Shown: in pieces, positions 25,631-32,000 of the stretch
Numbering within the stretch: position 1 is the stretch's first letter
Layout: each line of letters opens with the position of its first letter
Assembly (NCBI GenBank): GCA_963704705.1
Contig: OY969931.1
Coordinates: 300,001-332,000, forward strand
Reading direction: 5' to 3'
From: an uncultured bacterium
GTDB lineage: Bacteria > Patescibacteriota > Gracilibacteria > UBA1369 > PNNO01
Length of the DNA: 32,000 bases
The notes under the pieces: model-generated
What the model was told of the DNA's origin: nothing
The model's input: the letters and a program-made list of their open reading frames with translations, nothing else
Database searches by the model: none
Program-made: the position numbers and the translations under genes

Positions 25631-26158
25631 TTATAGGAGTCTCATAAAGTATGTATCTCCTTCACTTGGTTGGGCTGATCCATCAAATGATTCTGGATCA
25701 TCATTAGTATTATTTTTCTTTGGCGTTTCCATTACAGTAGCAATAATATATTCAATTCCATTTTCACCTATACGTTTGTAATAATATTGTCCATTCTCTA
25801 CACAGTCACCTGGATCAGTTACTTCTGTTGATAGACTTCTGTTTGGAGATGGATCTTTTGGAGGAGTTCCACCTTTAAAGTAATCAACAGCAACTGAATC
25901 TGAGCCTCCTGGTTCAATAAATACACCGTCAGCATCACCTGTGAAACAAGCACCAGCACCTAATGCCAATGGGTAAGTACCATAGTCAGAGTTAAATGTT
26001 TCAAGAGCAGTCACTAAATTATTAATATCTCCTTCTCTTGCAGCGTCCCTTCCTCTAGAGAGAGCATCTCTAATAGTCGGGTACAATGAAGCAGCAAGTA
26101 CGCCGATAATCGCAATTACTATAAGTAATTCGATTAGTGTGAAACCTTTTCGTTTCAT
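25631..26158 (-). CDS. Type IV pilin (major pilin candidate)
   Basis: MKRKG|FTLIELLIVIAIIGVLAA is the canonical class III (prepilin peptidase) signal with Gly-1/Phe+1/Glu+5. The globular C-terminal domain has two Cys. The ORF track start at 26185 adds 9 residues; the ATG at 26158 gives the usual short leader. Confidence 0.9.
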   Translation of the reverse strand: MKRKGFTLIELLIVIAIIGVLAASLYPTIRDALSRGRDAAREGDINNLVTALETFNSDYGTYPLALGAGACFTGDADGVFIEPGGSDSVAVDYFKGGTPPKDPSPNRSLSTEVTDPGDCVENGQYYYKRIGENGIEYIIATVMETPKKNNTNDDPESFDGSAQPSEGDTYFMRLL

Positions 26159-26224
26159 GGTTAAATGGTTAAAGTTATATTCCAATTAAACATTATACAA
26201 TATTGAAAAATAAATGCAAAAAAA

Positions 26225-27496
26225 TTATGTAGTTCCTATTACTGAAGACATATTAAGTATTGGCAGCATAACCGCAGCAACAAGCCCTCCAACAGCTATT
26301 CCAACAAAAACCATAATTATCGGTTCCATTACTTTTGTAAGACTTTTTACAGCTGTATCAACCTGTTCATCATAAAATATCGCCAATTTTTTACTAACAT
26401 CCTCCAATTGCGCTGTTTGTTCACCGACTTCAATCATATTCACGAGCATATTCGGAAATTCTTTGCTGTTTCTTAGAGTTTCGGCTAAAGGTATACCACC
26501 TCGGATATCATCGCCTGCATGTTTGATTTTCCGCTTATAGACCTCATTTTTCATTGCATTTCCAATTATATGTAATGATTGAGTAATTGATACCCCCGCA
26601 CCCAATAAATTTCCAAGACTTCGCGCAAATTGGGCAAGTGTGGATTTTCTTACCAAGTCACCAATTATTGGTATTTTAAGCATAAAAATATCCCAGTAAT
26701 TTTTACCTTCTTTTGTTTTTTTCAATGTAATTATTCCTACAACAAATATAGTTATGCCCAAAACAATCGCTATAGCATTATTTCGCATAAAATCACTTAA
26801 CCCTATTACTAACCTGGTTATAAAAGGAAGTTCTGTTCCTGTTTCAAGAAATAACTGAATAATATTTGGTACAACAAATACCATCATTAAAAACATTACA
26901 ATGAGCAAGATTGTTAATACCACTATTGGATAAGTAAGAGCGCCTTTAACTTTTGCAATAGTACGCGCGTTTTTCTCCGTCTCTTTTGCCATATCTTTTA
27001 AAATATCGTTTAAATGGCCTGAAACCTCACCGCTACGTATCATCCCAACCTGTGAATCACTGAAAATTTTAGGATTTTTCTCCATTGACCCTGACAGGCT
27101 TTCACCTTCTTCAATTTTAATTGCCATGTCATTTATGGCTCTTTGAAATTTTTTGTTTTTTGCATTTTGATCAGCCAAGGTTTCAAGTGCTCTGATAATT
27201 GGAATTCCTGCGTCTACCATAACCGCAAGAAGCCTGAAAAATACAGCTTTCTCCTGCAATTTTACTTTTCCCATTTCAACAAGCTTATCATCAAACCTTC
27301 TATACAAATCAAGGAAAAAATTCCCTGTTTGTTCAAAACCAAGTTTCTTTTTTAAAGCAATTTTATCTTTACTTCTGCCTATATTTAAAACGATTTTTCC
27401 CTCAAGTTTAGACTCGACTTCTTCTATTTTCTGAGCCTTATTTAATTCAAATGTTTCACCGGCTGTTTGTTGAGCAAAATCTTTAGCTTTCTTCAT
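26225..27496 (-). CDS. pilC: Type IV pilus assembly platform protein PilC (GspF/T2SS-F family)
   Basis: 423 aa. Two T2SS-F repeats (..FSDSQVGMIRSGEVSGHLNDILKDMA.. and ..FPNMLVNMIEVGEQTAQLEDVSKKLA..), each followed by hydrophobic helices. Overlaps pilB by 14 nt. Confidence 0.93.
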   Translation of the reverse strand: MKKAKDFAQQTAGETFELNKAQKIEEVESKLEGKIVLNIGRSKDKIALKKKLGFEQTGNFFLDLYRRFDDKLVEMGKVKLQEKAVFFRLLAVMVDAGIPIIRALETLADQNAKNKKFQRAINDMAIKIEEGESLSGSMEKNPKIFSDSQVGMIRSGEVSGHLNDILKDMAKETEKNARTIAKVKGALTYPIVVLTILLIVMFLMMVFVVPNIIQLFLETGTELPFITRLVIGLSDFMRNNAIAIVLGITIFVVGIITLKKTKEGKNYWDIFMLKIPIIGDLVRKSTLAQFARSLGNLLGAGVSITQSLHIIGNAMKNEVYKRKIKHAGDDIRGGIPLAETLRNSKEFPNMLVNMIEVGEQTAQLEDVSKKLAIFYDEQVDTAVKSLTKVMEPIIMVFVGIAVGGLVAAVMLPILNMSSVIGTT

Positions 27497-28886
27497 TTTG
27501 TTTAGTTTGAGGAATTTGAGCAGTTTGTTTGATTTCGATTGTTGGCTGAGGTTTAGGATTTTTCGCTACGTTCGCTTTGCTCACTCCAGGGGCTTCGCTC
27601 CCTTCGGTCGCTCCAGAGACCTCCGCTGACGCTTCGGTCTGGTCTTCCATTTTTCTTGCAACTCTGTAAACTTCATCAAGGCTTGTTTCACCCTGAAGAG
27701 CTTTAATTACACCAGCCTGTTCAAGTGTAATCATGCCTGTTCTCATTGCGATTTCTTCAATTTCAAGCGAATTGGCACGTCTTAAAATGGCTTTTCTAAG
27801 CTCATTATTCATCTTCATCACTTCAAATAAACCAAGACGGCCAGTGTAACCAACGCCATCGCATTTATCACAACCCTTACCTTTATAAAATTTCATTCCT
27901 TTTAATAAATTTCTATCAAATGGTTCATCAGCATGAATCAATCCTACCAGATGTTCTATATGGTCAAGTAAATGAGGATCAACCTGATCTTCAATTTTAC
28001 AGTTTTCACAGATTTTTCGTACAAGACGTTGTGCAATAATACATTCAATTGTTGAAGCCATTAAAAATGGCTGAACTCCCATGTTATCAATACGTGTAAG
28101 CGTTTCGATTGCACTATTGGTATGTATTGTACTAAATACCAAATGGCCAGTTAAAGACGCTTCGATAGCTGTATCAACGGTTTCACGGTCACGGATTTCT
28201 CCAACCATTATAATGTCCGGATCCTGACGCAAACCAGTACGCATACCGAATGCAAAGGTATAATTGATATCCGGATGCACTTGTGACTGATTAAGTCCGT
28301 CAACAGATATTTCCACCGGATCTTCAATTGTCATTATATTCACATCAATTTTGTTCAAACGGTTTAAACAAGAATACAAAGTAGTTGTTTTACCTGAACC
28401 CGTAGGCCCGGTATTTAATATAATTCCATTTGGAGATTTTAAACTTTCTTCAATAAAATGCATTGCATTACCCTGCAAACCAAGTTCAGGAAGATCAGGA
28501 ATTTTTCGCGATTTGTCCTGAATACGCATTACAACTTTTTCACCGTTTACGGTAGGTAAAGTTGAAATACGAAGGTCCATCTCTCTTCCGTCACGGGTTG
28601 TAACTGTTGAGCGTCCATCCTGCGGAATTCTTTGTTCATCGATTTTTAAATTCGACATGATTTTAATGCGCGAAACCACAGCAGGGTGAATATTACTCGG
28701 ATATTCAACTATCTGACGCAAAACACCATCAATTCTATATCTTATACGAATTGTATTTTCCTGCGGTTCAATATGAATATCAGAAGATCTGATATCAAGT
28801 GCATAACTTATAGTATTAAGAACAAGCTGAGGGATATTTCCCGATATAATCGCATCCTGTAATAGTTGTAGTTTTTCAGCAGGCAT
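27483..28886 (-). CDS. pilB: Type IV pilus assembly ATPase PilB (GspE family)
   Basis: Walker A GPTGSGKTTTLYS, Asp box, Walker B PDIIMVGEIRD, His box TGHLVFSTIHTN, and the tetracysteine motif CENC...CDKCDG. It has an unusual ~55-aa E/A/S/T/Q/P-rich C-terminal tail. Confidence 0.95.
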   Translation of the reverse strand: MPAEKLQLLQDAIISGNIPQLVLNTISYALDIRSSDIHIEPQENTIRIRYRIDGVLRQIVEYPSNIHPAVVSRIKIMSNLKIDEQRIPQDGRSTVTTRDGREMDLRISTLPTVNGEKVVMRIQDKSRKIPDLPELGLQGNAMHFIEESLKSPNGIILNTGPTGSGKTTTLYSCLNRLNKIDVNIMTIEDPVEISVDGLNQSQVHPDINYTFAFGMRTGLRQDPDIIMVGEIRDRETVDTAIEASLTGHLVFSTIHTNSAIETLTRIDNMGVQPFLMASTIECIIAQRLVRKICENCKIEDQVDPHLLDHIEHLVGLIHADEPFDRNLLKGMKFYKGKGCDKCDGVGYTGRLGLFEVMKMNNELRKAILRRANSLEIEEIAMRTGMITLEQAGVIKALQGETSLDEVYRVARKMEDQTEASAEVSGATEGSEAPGVSKANVAKNPKPQPTIEIKQTAQIPQTKQNEES

Positions 28887-28888
28887 AA

Positions 28889-29527
28889 TTATTGTTCCGA
28901 AGTTACCGATCTAAAATACGCATTCATGGAAGCGTTGAAGTTTATTTCATCCTGTCCGCTTGTATTGCCAATTGATCCGCTAGGACTTATAAAGTTTATT
29001 GTTATAGTTGTTATTTCAATTAATCTGTTTTTTTCGCTTAAGGTTCCGCTGTTTTCAACAAACTCAAGAAATTTAAAGAAATTATCATAAGAGCTGTGAA
29101 TTGTCATTTTAAATGGCATCACAGAATAATCCTCACCTTCAACTTTTTCTGATTTCAAATACTGCAAATTGTTTATAATAAAAGGATTTTTTATTCTATG
29201 AATATCATTAGCAAATTGTTCCAATGTTCTGGTCAATTTTGTATGGCTTTCATTTTCAGGAAAAACCAGTTCAAGCTCTGTTTGTATTGTTTGATTTAAT
29301 TGTTGAATTCCCTCCTGTTCATTTGCCAATTCAGTTGAAATTATTTCTTCATTATTTTCCAGGTTATTAAAAATTTCAATGTTAGACTGTGTTTCAGCGC
29401 GAACATCAATAAATTTCAAAACATTGTTGAATGTAAAATATCCAACAATTCCAAACAATAAGACACTTAAGACTACGTAAAGTCTTAATTGAAAATAATC
29501 CGATTTAAAGATTGAAGTTGTGTCCAT
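28889..29527 (-). CDS. PilO-like pilus assembly protein (bitopic)
   Basis: 212 aa with one N-terminal TM helix (LRLYVVLSVLLFGIVGYFTF), a coiled-coil and a C-terminal segment YSVMPFKMTIHSSYDNFFKFLEFVENS...RLIEITTITI resembling the PilO ferredoxin-like domain. The operon position, between the PilN-like gene and pilB, fits this call. Confidence 0.55.
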   Translation of the reverse strand: MDTTSIFKSDYFQLRLYVVLSVLLFGIVGYFTFNNVLKFIDVRAETQSNIEIFNNLENNEEIISTELANEQEGIQQLNQTIQTELELVFPENESHTKLTRTLEQFANDIHRIKNPFIINNLQYLKSEKVEGEDYSVMPFKMTIHSSYDNFFKFLEFVENSGTLSEKNRLIEITTITINFISPSGSIGNTSGQDEINFNASMNAYFRSVTSEQ

Positions 29528-30747
29528 TAAAGCTTCGTTAAATAATCTTCATCAAGATTCAGTTCGATTCTGAAAGAAGAGACATACCCTTTTTCTTCTG
29601 AACCTGATTTAGGAAATGATCTGTTATCAACGTTATAGAACAATTGAGATTGCTCCAAAGCATCAATAAGATTCGCAATTAGCGTAAATGTAGTTCCGTC
29701 ATCTCTTTTTGCCTGACCAATTAATATAATCTTATTTGTTTCTGAATCGAAATCAAATGCAGAGTATTTTATTCCGCCCAACTCTTCAAAGAATCCTGTA
29801 TTGTAAAGTGTATCAATACTTTTTGTGATTCGTTCAATCTCGTCAAGAATAACAGCCCATCTTACTCTGTGTGCTTTTAAATTGCTTATATCAGTAAAAT
29901 CATTTTTCAATATTTCTAAAGATTCTTGTGTAAGTGCAAATAGTTTACTGTCATCCTGTGGAAGATCCATCCTAATATCATCAGTATTTTTTGAGAAAAA
30001 TGCTGAAAGATTTTTATTATTAACAAGCTGAAGCGCAGCTGAATATGTGTTTATCTCCTGCAATATATTTTGAGTTGGTTCTTCTTTGTTAAGTACATTA
30101 ATTTCATTTCTTAGTTCTGTTTTAAGTGCATCATTAAATTCCTGCTCATCAATTTTACCTACTTTTATGGGTTCGCGGTATTTAGCCTGAGCATTAACAT
30201 AAGCAGTAAGTATTTGATCCTGAATTGATGCCAGTTCATCGCTTGGTTGCGCAGCTGTTCTTGCTACTGAATAACTGTCAGATAAGTAAGAGAGCTCTTG
30301 AAGATAAGATGCCATCAATACATAGTTCTTTTGATTGATTGATGTTTGCAAGGTAAGGATATCCTGTTTTGAATTATCCAGTTGCTGAGCTGTATTTGGG
30401 CCTCTTAGACCTGCGAGTAAATCAAATTCCGGATTAAGTTCTGCATAAAAGAACCCAATCGAAAGTATTGATAAAGTAATTACAAAGTAAAAAAAGAATT
30501 TTGCTATTTTTAAATTACGTTTAGTTGGATCAAAAGCCCCAACTATTTTTTTATCAAGTTCCGGAATAGGGCCCAGAATTTTTTCTTCTGGTTTTTCTTC
30601 TGCTTCCTTTTTTTCTAAAACGCCCTCAACAAGCTCAGTTGTTTGAGGTTTTTCTTCTGCTGCAGGAGATTTTTTTTCGAATATGTTTGTATAGAGATTT
30701 CCTCCCTCTTCCTGGCCTTTTTCTTTTTTTGTTGTATCTTCAGGCAT
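29527..30747 (-). CDS. PilN-like bitopic pilus assembly protein with a long acidic N-terminal extension (tentative)
   Basis: 406 aa. About 85 aa of K/E-rich cytoplasmic N-terminus, one TM helix (FFFYFVITLSILSIGFFYA), a long coiled-coil, then the C-terminal ...NKIILIGQAKRDDGTTFTLIANLIDALEQSQLFYNVDNRSF..., which fits the PilN pattern (l.l.G.a.s...v..f...L..s..F..v.l). The stop and the next start overlap as TAATG. Confidence 0.45.
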   Translation of the reverse strand: MPEDTTKKEKGQEEGGNLYTNIFEKKSPAAEEKPQTTELVEGVLEKKEAEEKPEEKILGPIPELDKKIVGAFDPTKRNLKIAKFFFYFVITLSILSIGFFYAELNPEFDLLAGLRGPNTAQQLDNSKQDILTLQTSINQKNYVLMASYLQELSYLSDSYSVARTAAQPSDELASIQDQILTAYVNAQAKYREPIKVGKIDEQEFNDALKTELRNEINVLNKEEPTQNILQEINTYSAALQLVNNKNLSAFFSKNTDDIRMDLPQDDSKLFALTQESLEILKNDFTDISNLKAHRVRWAVILDEIERITKSIDTLYNTGFFEELGGIKYSAFDFDSETNKIILIGQAKRDDGTTFTLIANLIDALEQSQLFYNVDNRSFPKSGSEEKGYVSSFRIELNLDEDYLTKL

Positions 30748-30769
30748 TTTTATTTTTTATTTTCCTTAT

Positions 30770-30798
30770 ATTTTAGCAAATTTCAGGCTAAAAGTAAA
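30770..30798 (-). promoter_or_regulatory. Sigma70-like promoter candidate for the pilus operon
   Basis: On the minus strand: -35 TTTACT (30793-30798), 17-nt spacer, -10 TAAAAT (30770-30775), about 22 nt upstream of the ATG at 30747 and immediately downstream of the rplL terminator. Sequence pattern only. Confidence 0.35.
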
Positions 30799-30810
30799 GT
30801 ATCCGGATAT

Positions 30811-30849
30811 AAAAAAGACCATCACTTATTAGAAAGTAACGGTCTTTTT
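30811..30849 (-). terminator. Rho-independent terminator after rplL
   Basis: On the minus strand, GACCGTTACTTtctaatAAGTGATGGTC forms an imperfect hairpin (outer stem GACC/GGTC at 30841-30844 and 30817-30820) followed by T6 (the complement of 30811-30816). An A-run on the other side makes it potentially bidirectional. Confidence 0.6.
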
Positions 30850-30859
30850 ATAAGTATAA

Positions 30860-31273
30860 TTATTTCAACTCTACAGTTGCACCAGCTTCTTCCAATTTTT
30901 TCTTTAATTCTTCAGCTTCTTCAGCTGGAACATTTTCTTTAACTGGTTTTGGTGCGCCATCAACTAAATCTTTAGATTCTTTTAGTCCAAGACCAGTGAT
31001 TTCACGTACAGCTTTAATTACAGCAACTTTCTGTCCGCCAGCAGCAGCCAAAACTACTGTTTTGTTTCCATTTCCTTCGTCAGCATCATCAGCTCCGCCA
31101 GCAGCAGGAGCAGCAGCCATTGCCATAGGGGCAGCAGCAGAAACACCGAACTTGTCTTCCATTGCTTTTACAAGGTTTGCAAGATCAAGAACGCTTAGTT
31201 TCTCAACTGAGTCAAGAATTGCTTGCGCATCTTTTGATAATTTTACTTCTTCTTTTGTTGCATCATCAGACAT
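30860..31273 (-). CDS. rplL: 50S ribosomal protein L7/L12
   Basis: 137 aa. N-terminal dimerisation helix region ([26 protein letters not shown]), Ala/Pro hinge, and a C-terminal domain [55 protein letters not shown]. Confidence 0.97.
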   Translation of the reverse strand: MSDDATKEEVKLSKDAQAILDSVEKLSVLDLANLVKAMEDKFGVSAAAPMAMAAAPAAGGADDADEGNGNKTVVLAAAGGQKVAVIKAVREITGLGLKESKDLVDGAPKPVKENVPAEEAEELKKKLEEAGATVELK

Positions 31274-31311
31274 TTTTAATGTTGTTAAGGATAATTAGAA
31301 GTATATTAAGT

Positions 31312-32000
31312 TTATTTATTTTCCGGATCCGAAGCCGCAGGCGCAGGATCTTCTTGAGGAGGTTCCTCAGAAGGTTTTGTATCTTCCGCTTCAGCTTTAG
31401 CCTCTTCTTCAGCAACAGGAGCCTCTTCAGGCGCAGCCTCAGCAGCAGGCGCAGCCTCAGCAGCAGGCGCAGGAGCCTCTTCAGCTTTTGGCGCTTCTGC
31501 AGGGCTTTCTTTTTCCATTTTATCTCTGTACGCATCAACAACTCCTACAAAAGTTCTCATTAATGAATAAAGAACTCCGTGAAATCCGCTTATTGGAGCA
31601 TTCATAGAGCCAACCAATTTCGCAAGAAGTTCTTCTTTTCCAGGAATTTGTGCAAGTTCCATTGCTTCTGCATGAGTTAAAGCTCTTCCTTCCATGAAAG
31701 CGCTTAAAAGTTTTATTGCTTCATGTGTTTTTGAAAAATCATAAATTGTTTTTGCAGCAGCAATTTCGTCACCCATGCTAAATGCAACTCCAACCTGTCC
31801 CACCAATCCTTCTTCCGGAATTTCATCAAATCCTGCGTCTTTTGCAGCGATTTTAATTAGAGTTTTTTTTGCTACTTTAAACTGAGAATCTTTTTCTCTT
31901 AATTTGCTTCTTAAATCCTGAATATCTTTTACTGAAATACCTTGATAATCAGAAAAAACAACAGATTTAGAATTTTTAAATAAATCAACTAATTCTGCAA
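31312..32000 (-). CDS. rplJ: 50S ribosomal protein L10 (5' end outside the window) with an A/P/E-rich C-terminal extension
   Basis: The ORF-track start is an internal TTG. The same frame stays open to the window edge and reads AELVDLFKNSKSVVFSDYQGISVKDIQDLRSKLREKDSQFKVAKKTLIKIAAKDAGF..., the canonical L10 N-terminal half, and ...AKLVGSMNAPISGFHGVLYSLMRTFVGVVDAYRDK is the L12-binding helix region. rplJ-rplL synteny agrees. Confidence 0.93.
   Translation of the reverse strand, partial: AELVDLFKNSKSVVFSDYQGISVKDIQDLRSKLREKDSQFKVAKKTLIKIAAKDAGFDEIPEEGLVGQVGVAFSMGDEIAAAKTIYDFSKTHEAIKLLSAFMEGRALTHAEAMELAQIPGKEELLAKLVGSMNAPISGFHGVLYSLMRTFVGVVDAYRDKMEKESPAEAPKAEEAPAPAAEAAPAAEAAPEEAPVAEEEAKAEAEDTKPSEEPPQEDPAPAASDPENK
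31431..31472. repeat. 18-bp tandem repeat (2.4 copies) inside the rplJ tail
   Basis: GCGCAGCCTCAGCAGCAG occupies 31431-31448 and, identically, 31449-31466, followed by a partial GCGCAG. On the minus strand it encodes AAEAAP-AAEAAP. Confidence 0.85.

Noticed and set aside
30996-31563. ORFs 30996-31298 (+), 31162-31563 (+) and 31266-31541 (-), with Ala-rich or Arg/Leu-rich low-complexity translations
   Set aside because: They overlap rplL and rplJ in other frames or on the other strand. Their composition is a by-product of the GC-rich Ala/Pro/Glu codon repeats of the ribosomal stalk genes.
1-32000. Alternative genetic code (UGA as Gly or Trp), as in some low-GC uncultivated lineages
   Set aside because: Conserved proteins (RecF, UvrA, PilB, PilC, L7/L12) translate full length with standard-code boundaries. 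At least one gene (the 177-aa cassette protein) terminates at a TGA that fits the ATGA coupling junction.

Overview
AT-rich bacterial chromosomal window, read with the standard genetic code (no sign of UGA recoding). The left 6.7 kb holds housekeeping genes: recF, a PrsW-like intramembrane protease, a glycerophosphodiester phosphodiesterase on the opposite strand (30-bp convergent overlap) and uvrA. A ~480-bp non-coding spacer follows, whose last ~290 bp is a strictly 10-bp-phased A/T-tract repeat, then a small excisionase-type HTH gene and a zinc-ribbon mini-ORF. From 6.8 kb to the window end every gene is on the minus strand. In transcription order these are rplJ (5' end outside the window) and rplL, a terminator, a type IV pilus operon (PilN-like, PilO-like, PilB ATPase, PilC platform, major pilin), another terminator, and a triple-palindrome array plus promoter. 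The dominant feature comes next: a 14,895-nt ORF (4,964 aa, nearly half the window) encoding a secreted mosaic surface protein. It carries two SLH triplets, TSP3-type Ca-binding repeats, Ig-like, FG-GAP and PKD-like modules, and a ~660-aa central region I cannot assign. It is translationally coupled to four small signal-peptide proteins that all have a cysteine at the penultimate C-terminal position. I consider the giant protein plus this four-gene Cys-tail cassette, sitting next to the pilus operon, the candidate undescribed system, probably a cell-surface attachment apparatus. The lineage guess of an uncultivated small-genome bacterium such as CPR/Patescibacteria is inference only. No rRNA, tRNA, CRISPR array or transposase was seen.
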